This document shows positions 1 to 7,657 of a stretch of DNA of 21,311 nt, one piece after another. The stretch's first letter is position 1, and every line of letters starts with the position of its first letter. Source of the stretch: Nitrososphaerota archaeon. Its GTDB lineage: Archaea; Thermoproteota; Nitrososphaeria; Nitrososphaerales; UBA57. The notes beneath the pieces are model-generated. The model did not search any database. It saw only the letters and a list, made by a program, of their open reading frames with translations, and was not told where the DNA came from. Both the position numbers and the translations under genes were made by a program. The stretch spans positions 104,657 through 125,967 of the forward strand of contig PAVW01000006.1 in assembly GCA_002713205.1 (NCBI GenBank), given 5' to 3'.

Positions 1-452
1 TTCATAAGTATTGGATGAAAAGTTTTCTTCTTACTTTTGTATATATTAAAATCATACAGTCCAAGATCTGCACCTTGAACTATTGCTTCAACATCTGCAT
101 TAGAAACATCTTCAGAATCATGATTTAGAACAAATGTTTTGCATTTTAGTTGTCTAGCAGTAAGTGAAGTTTTGGCTGCAATATTTCGAAAAATATCTGA
201 ATTAAAGCTTCTCCTTTTACCAAGACCCAATAATAATATATTATTATTAACAGTTCGTAATAAAATAGAAGTTCCTTCTTTTCCTTCAAATTCTTTATTT
301 TTTAAAATTTTTGAAATGAGTCCATTTATTCTATTGTCTAACAACATAGTATTAGGACTTGGTTTAGAATCTTGAAAAATCGTAGTAGATATAAAAGGCG
401 TATTTAATAAGTTCTTATTGAGTTGTTCAAATTTCTTTTTCAAATAAATCAC
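1..452 (-). CDS. pepA: Leucyl aminopeptidase (peptidase M17), N-terminal part; the C-terminal part lies beyond the window edge
   Basis: The minus-strand frame is open to position 1. Its translation (...FEGKEGTSILLRTVNNNILLLGLGKRRSF...VQGADLGLYDFNIYKSKKK...) resembles the N-terminal domain of M17 PepA, including the LGLY-F--YKSKKK region. It is absent from the ORF track because the window truncates it. The start is uncertain: GTG at 452-450 (overlapping the upstream TGA as GTGA), TTG at 443 or ATG at 347. Confidence 0.7.
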   Translation of the reverse strand, partial: MIYLKKKFEQLNKNLLNTPFISTTIFQDSKPSPNTMLLDNRINGLISKILKNKEFEGKEGTSILLRTVNNNILLLGLGKRRSFNSDIFRNIAAKTSLTARQLKCKTFVLNHDSEDVSNADVEAIVQGADLGLYDFNIYKSKKKTFHPILM

Positions 453-1240
453 TCAATATATGATATACTTAATAAAAACAATATAGAAATTGAAAAAAAC
501 AACATCCATATAGCTTTATTCCAATTAAATACTTTTTTCCCGTCAATGATTCCAAATGGTAACAAATTAAAAGTGGCAAGAAATCCATTAATATAGGCAC
601 TAGTTGAATATACACTCATCCACTCATCAGACATGGCAAATGTATTATAAAGAAAAATAAATACAGAACAAAGAAATATATTGCTTACAGGGCCTGCTAA
701 AGCAATTTTTCCTAATATTTTTGGTGATGGAAAACCAGAAATCGTAACAGCGCCAGGCGCAATAATTTTGAGAGGAATGGGAAATATGCTAATAAAAGTA
801 AAAAACAATCCCATATTATTTAATCGAAATTCTGCATGATAGCCTTTATTCAAAGCATAAAATTTATGGGACATTTCATGAAGTAAAAACGAACTCATCA
901 ATATGATGCCCAAAATTAATACAGACCATGAAGTATAAACAGTGTTTGAAGAACCAAGAAAGAATGAAATTCCAACCAATAAAACTAAAGTCATACCAAC
1001 TACAAGATGTTTAAATTCAGAAGAAAAATTACTGAAGCGTGAATTTACAGATATAATTGGTTTTTTATAAAAGTTAGATTCTGATTTATCAATGTAGGGC
1101 ATGTCACTAGGTTTATGAGTTCTATATAACTGACTGCAATTATGATTTTCTGGTAAATGATGAAGAGAGCACAGTGTCAGTTTACAGTAATAACATGTAA
1201 ATGGTAAATCATCATAAATATCACACTCTGAACAGTGCAT
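449..1240 (-). CDS. Membrane metalloprotease of the M50/site-2-protease type with an N-terminal AN1-type zinc finger
   Basis: Residues 3-35 fit the AN1 pattern C-x2-C-x9-C-x2-C-x4-C-x2-H-x5-H-x-C (CSEC...CYYC...CSLHHLPENHNC). Several hydrophobic helices follow, with HEMSH (HExxH) and a downstream NLLPfgiiDG motif typical of M50/S2P proteases. Confidence 0.75.
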   Translation of the reverse strand: MHCSECDIYDDLPFTCYYCKLTLCSLHHLPENHNCSQLYRTHKPSDMPYIDKSESNFYKKPIISVNSRFSNFSSEFKHLVVGMTLVLLVGISFFLGSSNTVYTSWSVLILGIILMSSFLLHEMSHKFYALNKGYHAEFRLNNMGLFFTFISIFPIPLKIIAPGAVTISGFPSPKILGKIALAGPVSNIFLCSVFIFLYNTFAMSDEWMSVYSTSAYINGFLATFNLLPFGIIDGKKVFNWNKAIWMLFFSISILFLLSISYIE

Positions 1241-1291
1241 GAATGCTTATTCAGCACATGAATAATAAATATTATACTGAAGAAATAAGTT

Positions 1292-2830
1292 TCATAAGAA
1301 TTTATCTAATCCTTTTTTTTCATCATTGATCGAATTCTTATTAGTTAATTTTGTTACGGTTCTCTGTGTTTTAGAAAGCCGTTTTTGACTAATATAATAA
1401 TTAGTTTCATCTCGAGTACCTTTTGTGACAAATGAGACAACTTTACCTGGAGCGTTTCTTCCAGTGCGGCCAAGTCTCTGTATAAACCTAATACCACTAG
1501 CAACATTATCATAAAATACAACTAGTTTACATTCAGAAATATCAAGTCCTTCCTCCCCAACTTGTGTTGCAACTATAATATCATATTCACCAGATTTTAG
1601 TTTCGTTAAAGATTCTAGTTGTTTTTTTTGTGATTGACCTGATTTTCCACTTTTTCCAATTAGTATTCCGACATGATATCCTTCTTTATGTAACACTTCG
1701 TAAATTTTATCAACTGTATCTCTATAACTAGCAAAAACTATGGCCTTATCAGAACCTTTTAAATTATTCTGCAAAGCTATTATTAATTTAGAGAGTTTAG
1801 GATGTTCATCTCCATTGGATTGTAATTTATTGTTTAGGGTTATTGCTTCATTAAAATTAGAATCATTAAATAATTTTTTCACGCCACTAGATTTGGTTTT
1901 AGAAGAAAGGCGTTGTATATATTTTTGAAATGAATAAACACCCTGAGTTTCAATTATAGTCAATCCGTGAAGTAATCGAACCAAAGAATATAAATTACCT
2001 CGAATATCCCACCTATGTGACAAAATAGGATCTTTCTCAATTTGTTGAGTTTTCATAAGAACTGCTTTGAGAGAGGGATTGCTAGGTAATGATTGACCAG
2101 CACTCTGTAATTTTTTTGTATAGAGATAAATAGTCTTTCGAATTAGATTACTAATTTTTTGAATGTCATCAGGTAATTCTAATTCAATCTTTTCAATATC
2201 AGTTTTATGAACATATGGTTTAACATCTTCACTAAAATGATCTCGAGCCTCTAGATGATTAGAGTGAAGATTCATAAGAATTTCTTGTATTTTAATAGAG
2301 TCACTAGGCAGAGATGCAGTCATACCAATTAATCGAGCATCTGGATTTATTGACGAGACTTCCTTTGCAATAAAAACATAAGCATATTTACCAACTGTAC
2401 GATGAGCTTCATCAAAAATAACAATAGAAAATTGTTCAAGATTAACTAAACGTCGAATGATATCAAGTTTTAATATTTGAGGAGTAGCGCAAACTATCTG
2501 ATTTTGCCATTTTTTTTTGCGTTTTTCAAGTACATCTTCACCAGTTATTACACTAATTTCAGTGGGATTAAGGGTTAAAGAATTGGATAAAAATTCATAA
2601 TGTTGATGAACAAGGACTCGAGTAGGAGCTAAAATAATGCAAGATTTTGTAGGATTAGTAATCATCGAGTCAGCAATGGCCAATAACGCAACGACAGTTT
2701 TTCCCAGTCCAGTAGGCAATACAACTATAGAATTCTTAGATTTAACTATATCAGAAATATTATTTTGGTACTCTCTTTTTTCAATTGTATTTTCCTTAAC
2801 GTATTTTTTTTCAATATATTTAGAATCCAA
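1292..2830 (-). CDS. Hef/FANCM-like superfamily-2 DEAH helicase (ERCC4-related helicase), with no nuclease domain
   Basis: REYQ...VLPTGLGKT (Q motif and Walker A), FDEAH (motif II), MTAS (motif III) and QRLGRTGR (motif VI). The N-terminal layout matches archaeal Hef helicase domains. The protein ends after the helicase core. Confidence 0.75.
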   Translation of the reverse strand: MDSKYIEKKYVKENTIEKREYQNNISDIVKSKNSIVVLPTGLGKTVVALLAIADSMITNPTKSCIILAPTRVLVHQHYEFLSNSLTLNPTEISVITGEDVLEKRKKKWQNQIVCATPQILKLDIIRRLVNLEQFSIVIFDEAHRTVGKYAYVFIAKEVSSINPDARLIGMTASLPSDSIKIQEILMNLHSNHLEARDHFSEDVKPYVHKTDIEKIELELPDDIQKISNLIRKTIYLYTKKLQSAGQSLPSNPSLKAVLMKTQQIEKDPILSHRWDIRGNLYSLVRLLHGLTIIETQGVYSFQKYIQRLSSKTKSSGVKKLFNDSNFNEAITLNNKLQSNGDEHPKLSKLIIALQNNLKGSDKAIVFASYRDTVDKIYEVLHKEGYHVGILIGKSGKSGQSQKKQLESLTKLKSGEYDIIVATQVGEEGLDISECKLVVFYDNVASGIRFIQRLGRTGRNAPGKVVSFVTKGTRDETNYYISQKRLSKTQRTVTKLTNKNSINDEKKGLDKFL

Positions 2831-2914
2831 CAGTATACATATGAAACGGATAGTTAAAAATTTAGAACTGTAAGTAGATTTAGCTTAAATAAATCAATGA
2901 CATAACCCACATTA

Positions 2915-3508
2915 ATGAAAATCCGGGGAAAATTCATTGTAATAGAAGGAATAGATCAATCTGGAAAAATGACACAAACTATGATACTTACAAAACAACT
3001 AATCAGACAAGGATATAAAGTCAAATCAATGTCATTTCCTATGTACAATACGCCAGTTGGAAAATTAATTAAAAGGTTTCTCAATAAAGAGGATTTTTTA
3101 CCAAGGGTATCACATATGTTACTCTCAGCAAACCGTTGGGAATTTGAAAGAATTATATCAAATGAATTAATTAATAATGATTTTTTAATATGTAACAGAT
3201 ATTTCTTTTCAAATATAGCATATGGGTTAGCGCATAAATTAGATAAAAAATGGCTAGAAAATTTAGATCATGGTTTACCGAAGCCAGATATAACAATTTT
3301 AATTGACATACCAATTTCTGAATCAAGTGTTAGAAAAACAAAATCTAGAGACAAATATGAAAAGAACAAAAAATTTCTCAAATCTGTTAGAAATAAATAC
3401 AAACTACTTGCTAAGACAAAGAAGTGGTTTATTGTTAATGGAAATAAAGATAAGGCTTCTGTAAGTGATGATATATGGAAGATAATAAAAAAGGCAAATA
3501 AAATATAA
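2915..3508 (+). CDS. tmk: Thymidylate kinase
   Basis: N-terminal P-loop FIVIEGIDQSGKMTQ, about 197 aa, and a DRY-like NRYFFSNIAYG segment, all typical of dTMP kinases. Confidence 0.8.
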   Translation: MKIRGKFIVIEGIDQSGKMTQTMILTKQLIRQGYKVKSMSFPMYNTPVGKLIKRFLNKEDFLPRVSHMLLSANRWEFERIISNELINNDFLICNRYFFSNIAYGLAHKLDKKWLENLDHGLPKPDITILIDIPISESSVRKTKSRDKYEKNKKFLKSVRNKYKLLAKTKKWFIVNGNKDKASVSDDIWKIIKKANKI

Positions 3509-3545
3509 ATATAATATTAAATTTGTATTAGGAGAAGAATTTTAA

Positions 3546-4817
3546 ATGAAACAAGAACCTACGCAAATACGAGATCCAATTCATAGTTACATATATGCCA
3601 GTGAACTTGAACAGGAATTATTAGATTCAGAAGTTTTTCAGAGATTACGTAGAATCAGACAACTAGGATGTGCACATCTGATATACCCAGGTGCAAATCA
3701 CACAAGATTTGAGCATTGTATTGGAACAATGCATTTAGCAAAAATTGCTTCGACTCACTTGCATTCACAAGGTAAAATGAATAAAGAGCAATGTGTTCAA
3801 TTAAATGCTGCTGCACTATTACACGATATTGGACATGGGCCTTTTTCACATCTATTTGAAGAAGTATTAGCAGAAAAAGGCATAACTCATGAAAATATTA
3901 CGACAAGAATTATAAGAGAAACTGAAATTTCTGATATTCTAAAAAAATATGGAATTAATACAAATAAATTTTCTGAATTATGTGTTGGATTGTCTAATAA
4001 TCACCCCAGATTTATGAATGATATAATAGCAGGATTTCTAAGTGTGGATACTATGGATTATCTACTTAGAGATTCATATTTTTCTGGAGTAGAATATGGA
4101 AAGGTCGATGTTCATAGAATTATCAATGCTTATGAAATTTCCAAAGAATCTATTGCAATAAATAGAGATAGTCTTTATGCATTAGAAGCATTAATGTTAG
4201 CAAGATATGAAATGTTTAGAGCCGTTTATTTTCATAAAAGTGTTCGAGCATGTGCAATAATGTTAACTAAAGCAATGACTTTATCAGATGAGACACTACA
4301 TTTTAGTAATTTAAAAGATTTAAAGAATTATTTAAATTTAACAGATGAATCGACGATAAATAAAATAATAAATTCTAAATCAAATAATGAAAATATAAAA
4401 TTTGCAAAAGAATTGGTTAATGATTATTTAAAGAGAAAAATGCTAAAACTAGTTTTTGAAAAAGAAGTATTAAGAACGGATCAATTCATAGGAAAAATAT
4501 TTTCTCAAAGTAAATTTAGAAGCAATGTGTCAGAAGAAATTTCAAAAAAGTCCAAGGTTCCAGAAAAATATATTTTTATAGATGTATCTACGGCTACTTC
4601 AGTTCCTACTACATCATCAAAGAAAACATTAAGTGAAATAACTATAATATCTAAAACTGGAAAGAAAAAAACAGTACAAAAAATTAAAGCCGGAGAATTA
4701 CCATTAATGAACTCAATTCTAGGTTATATGGATATTATTAGAATTTATACAACCGGTAAGTATAAAGAAAAAGTCAGTCAAGCTGTAAACACAATCTTTG
4801 AAAAAGAAAGCAGATAA
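3546..4817 (+). CDS. HD-domain phosphohydrolase, SAMHD1/dGTPase-like (putative dNTP triphosphohydrolase)
   Basis: RFEHCIGTMHLA ... LLHDIGHGPFSH ... DTMDYLLRDSYFSG are the conserved H...HD...D blocks of the SAMHD1/Dgt-like HD superfamily. It lies 37 nt downstream of tmk on the same strand. Confidence 0.7.
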   Translation: MKQEPTQIRDPIHSYIYASELEQELLDSEVFQRLRRIRQLGCAHLIYPGANHTRFEHCIGTMHLAKIASTHLHSQGKMNKEQCVQLNAAALLHDIGHGPFSHLFEEVLAEKGITHENITTRIIRETEISDILKKYGINTNKFSELCVGLSNNHPRFMNDIIAGFLSVDTMDYLLRDSYFSGVEYGKVDVHRIINAYEISKESIAINRDSLYALEALMLARYEMFRAVYFHKSVRACAIMLTKAMTLSDETLHFSNLKDLKNYLNLTDESTINKIINSKSNNENIKFAKELVNDYLKRKMLKLVFEKEVLRTDQFIGKIFSQSKFRSNVSEEISKKSKVPEKYIFIDVSTATSVPTTSSKKTLSEITIISKTGKKKTVQKIKAGELPLMNSILGYMDIIRIYTTGKYKEKVSQAVNTIFEKESR

Positions 4818-4839
4818 TCCTAATTAAAAAAATCTCAAA

Positions 4840-5172
4840 TTAAGATATATGGGATTTTATTTTTTCAAGGATTTTATTAGCCATATCAGGAGTCAAGTCA
4901 TTAGCAAGATAAACCGAAACTACTGCTATACCTTTGGAGAGATTGCATGACATTTCGGAAATTAATTGACAAAAAATAGGAGAATATTTACTGGGAATTA
5001 TAGTATTAGTATTAATTTGTGTATCTGTCTTGATTGAAATTGACAATGAGCCAAATGTATTTACAGTTCCCTCAGTCAGGGTAATAAATAATCCGTTTGA
5101 AAAATAAACAACATCGAGAATGAAAGGACGATTTTCAAATTCAAATGAAGAATTAATTTTATCTTTACTCAT
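4840..5172 (-). CDS. Hypothetical protein (110 aa), tightly coupled to the upstream RNase HIII-like gene
   Basis: Intact ORF. Its ATG lies 2 nt after the stop of the 5175-6011 gene. I recognise no motif with certainty. Confidence 0.5.
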   Translation of the reverse strand: MSKDKINSSFEFENRPFILDVVYFSNGLFITLTEGTVNTFGSLSISIKTDTQINTNTIIPSKYSPIFCQLISEMSCNLSKGIAVVSVYLANDLTPDMANKILEKIKSHIS

Positions 5173-5174
5173 AA

Positions 5175-6011
5175 TTATTTTATATAATCAACTTTAAAAT
5201 ATTTTTCTATATCTATTTGTTCCAAGTTTTTTTGTATGTTAAAAGAGCGTAAATCAATACCTAATTCCTGTGATTTATTATCTATCCAGATTTCTCTAAT
5301 ATTTCTAGCAATAATACTTGCCGAAGCAACTGCTAATTCATTTTCTCCATGAATAGTCTGTTCAAAGATTACATTATTGTAATCGATTTTTTCAAGTTCT
5401 TTGTTTATCTTATCCTTATCAAATTGATCAATAACTACTTTAATCGTCTGTTCTAATTTTGTTTTATCAAGTAACTTGGTGATAACCTCAATGTGTGATT
5501 CAGCTAAAATATGGTTCAATCCTTTTCCACTTTGTTTGTAATGTTTAAATTTATTATTAAAAATTTGTGGGGTTATTTCTATAGTTTCATAATCAATTAA
5601 ATGAATTAGTTTGTTGTAAATTAAACCAATGCGTTGTAGTGACAAACTCTTACTATCCATAACTCCAAAAGAAATAATTTTAGAGCGCAAAGAACCAGGG
5701 ACAGATGCAGCAGCAACAACTAAAGGTCCAAGAGATTCGCCCTTTCCAGATTCATCAGAACCAATAATTAATTGACGGGTAGATGATAAAAGATTATCGA
5801 GATGTTTAAATATAAAAAGTCTAGCAGAAATATTAGTAGATACGATTTTACCGGTGTTATATATAATTATATATCCAGTGTCTTTTTGCAGGCGGTAAAA
5901 TTCATAAGAATTTGTTCTTGGTAAGTTTAATGCGCCATCAGATAGTAATAATTCAACGAATTGTGTAATTTGAGTTTTTTCAATTTGTATTGAAAAAAAC
6001 CCACTAGACAT
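5175..6011 (-). CDS. rnhC: Ribonuclease HIII-like protein (type 2 RNase H with an N-terminal TBP-like domain)
   Basis: The N-terminal segment ends in IIIYNTGKIVSTN (compare RNase HIII YxSGKvlfQG). The catalytic block IGSDESGKGESLGPLVVAAASV, then MDSKSL, and the C-terminal AVASASIIAR match RNase HII/HIII signature regions. Confidence 0.65.
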   Translation of the reverse strand: MSSGFFSIQIEKTQITQFVELLLSDGALNLPRTNSYEFYRLQKDTGYIIIYNTGKIVSTNISARLFIFKHLDNLLSSTRQLIIGSDESGKGESLGPLVVAAASVPGSLRSKIISFGVMDSKSLSLQRIGLIYNKLIHLIDYETIEITPQIFNNKFKHYKQSGKGLNHILAESHIEVITKLLDKTKLEQTIKVVIDQFDKDKINKELEKIDYNNVIFEQTIHGENELAVASASIIARNIREIWIDNKSQELGIDLRSFNIQKNLEQIDIEKYFKVDYIK

Positions 6012-6076
6012 ATAATAATGAATTAATCATTGTTTATATAGTGAACTTTTTTTAGGTTTGTTTTTCAATTTTAATT

Positions 6077-6226
6077 GGGCTCGTAGCGCAGTATGATATA
6101 ATATATGCGAAATATGGATCAGCGCGGCAGAACATAGCCGAACCTCCTAGCTGCGGGGCGTCAGCTGCAAAAATCAAAAGAATAGATTTTGGCTAAAGGT
6201 CGTGGGTTCAAATCCCACCGGGCCCG
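6077..6226 (+). tRNA. tRNA-Arg(CCU), 150-nt gene with four predicted introns (D-loop, 30/31, 37/38, 43/44)
   Basis: Acceptor GGGCTCG (6077-6083) pairs with CGGGCCC (6219-6225); discriminator is G6226. T-arm is GTGGG-TTCAAAT-CCCAC (6202-6218). D-stem is GCGC (6086-6089)/GCGC (6122-6125). Removing 6131-6142, 6150-6162 and 6169-6196 gives anticodon stem GCAGC/GCTGC, loop CTCCTAA and variable loop AGGTC, which is exactly the 17 nt required. Each excised segment is flanked by a 4-bp helix with 3-nt bulges. The D-loop intron is about 6094-6115, with boundaries uncertain. Confidence 0.65.
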
Positions 6227-6240
6227 CTCAATTATATAAT

Positions 6241-6942
6241 CTAGATTTTCTGATTATGATAATACTTAATCAGGGTTTCAGATTCTAAAAATATAAATTT
6301 ATTTTGTTCGGCGATTTTTTTACAGTCTTCTACATTTAGTGAGTCAAAAGTACGACCATCTAACATTTCACACATAATTACAACAGGGGTTAATTCTGCA
6401 AGGTTTGTAAGAAAAAGAGATAGTTCTGTATGCCCTTGTCGTGATTTTATAAGACCTTTGGTGCCAATTAACAATTGTAAATGTCCAGGAGATTCAAAAG
6501 TTGAATAAAAAATATTTTTTAAATTATTGTTAGTCGACCAATTATTACATAATTTTGTTAAAGATATTATAGTATTAGATTTCCCTAGATCAGTTACACT
6601 ACCTAATTTCCTTTGGTTAAAGGTAATTGAATGAGTGGATCTATTGTTAACAGAAACATCAGTATTAATTATATTAGACAGAGAAGAATAACTATCATTA
6701 GCACTATCCAATAATTGCCACATATAAGGCAAGTCAAGTATTAATCCAATTTCATTAGGAATGGCAACACAAAGTAATCCGCCACCTAATTCACGCATTA
6801 TTTGGATATTAGAAGGAGTGGCAAAATTTCCGGCGAGAATTATATCAACCTCATTCTCACGTGATTCATCATCATGTAACAAAATAAAATTTCCTGTACG
6901 AAATTGAGCAATAATAGATTCCATATCATCAGTGTCTTTCAT
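6241..6942 (-). CDS. ribB: 3,4-dihydroxy-2-butanone 4-phosphate synthase (riboflavin biosynthesis)
   Basis: FRTGNFILLHDDESRENEVDIILAG...GGGLLCVAIP matches the DHBP synthase signature (D-x-RENE-x-D ... GG-x-C). The size fits archaeal RibB. Confidence 0.7.
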   Translation of the reverse strand: MKDTDDMESIIAQFRTGNFILLHDDESRENEVDIILAGNFATPSNIQIMRELGGGLLCVAIPNEIGLILDLPYMWQLLDSANDSYSSLSNIINTDVSVNNRSTHSITFNQRKLGSVTDLGKSNTIISLTKLCNNWSTNNNLKNIFYSTFESPGHLQLLIGTKGLIKSRQGHTELSLFLTNLAELTPVVIMCEMLDGRTFDSLNVEDCKKIAEQNKFIFLESETLIKYYHNQKI

Positions 6943-7029
6943 TAAAATAACATATACAAAAAGGAATTATAACTTAATTGATTTTCAAATAAACAATTTT
7001 ATATTAAGAAAATATAATTATCATATAAA

Positions 7030-7614
7030 ATGTCAGAATGGAAAGATTTTTATGAAATGCTTCGTAAAAAATATACCTTTTTTCAAGTAGAAGGATTTGA
7101 TAGTAATATTTTTGAAGAATTGAAGAGTGATTTTGAGGAAGAATTTGAGCGTCAAACTGAACAAATATTCAAAGAATTAGAGCAAAGAGCGTTTGAAAAA
7201 CTTAAAACAGAAGATAATAACTGTTCTGATGAATCATGCTCTTTTGTGTATGAATTTTCAATCAATATTGGAAAAGATAGCAAATCAGAAATTAAAGAAT
7301 TTAAATATGTAAAATCAACCTTGGGGACAAAATCATTGGAAAAAAATTTACATCCAAAAGAAGAATTAATTGATATTTTAGAAAATGAAAAAGAATTTAA
7401 AATAATTTTAGAGATATTAAAGATAAAAAAAAGTGAGATAAAAATGAAAGTGTCAGAAAATTCAATAATAATTTTTACAGATAATAAAAAATACTTTAAG
7501 AAGATTTCTATTCCAAAAAAAATTAAACGAGATTACGCTAAAACAACGTACAATAATGGAATTTTAGAGATAAGTGTTAGAAAAATTGATAATCATGAAC
7601 CAATACAAAAATAA
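7030..7614 (+). CDS. Small heat-shock protein (Hsp20/alpha-crystallin family)-like, with a long acidic N-terminal region
   Basis: The C-terminal about 90 aa (DILENEKEFKIILEILKIKKSEIKMKVSENSIIIF...ISIPKKIKRDYAKTTYNNGILEISVRK) follows the alpha-crystallin domain pattern. The N-terminal half is rich in E, D and K. Confidence 0.55.
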   Translation: MSEWKDFYEMLRKKYTFFQVEGFDSNIFEELKSDFEEEFERQTEQIFKELEQRAFEKLKTEDNNCSDESCSFVYEFSINIGKDSKSEIKEFKYVKSTLGTKSLEKNLHPKEELIDILENEKEFKIILEILKIKKSEIKMKVSENSIIIFTDNKKYFKKISIPKKIKRDYAKTTYNNGILEISVRKIDNHEPIQK

Positions 7615-7657
7615 TTAATGTTGAATAAAATATGATAATGCAATTTTTTTTATATGA

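Noticed and set aside
139-375. 78-aa plus-strand ORF from the ORF track
   Set aside because: It lies entirely antisense to the well-supported pepA N-terminal coding frame. Its composition is low-complexity and Leu/Ile-rich, typical of a shadow ORF in AT-rich DNA.
1740-2873. Plus-strand ORFs 1740-1928 and 2637-2873
   Set aside because: Both lie antisense within the Hef-like helicase gene, carry no motifs and are shadow ORFs.
3655-3849. 64-aa minus-strand ORF inside the HD hydrolase gene
   Set aside because: It is antisense to a region encoding the conserved H...HD blocks, so the plus-strand reading is clearly the real one.
6146-6171. Alternative anticodon assignments for the 6077-6226 tRNA: Arg(GCG) from CTGCGGG at 6151-6157, or Cys(GCA) from CTGCAAA at 6165-6171
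   Set aside because: Neither loop is flanked by sequences able to form a 5-bp anticodon stem with any downstream segment. Cys would also require U73, whereas the gene has G73. The direct repeat AGCTGC (6149-6154 and 6163-6168) is accounted for by the 37/38 intron model.
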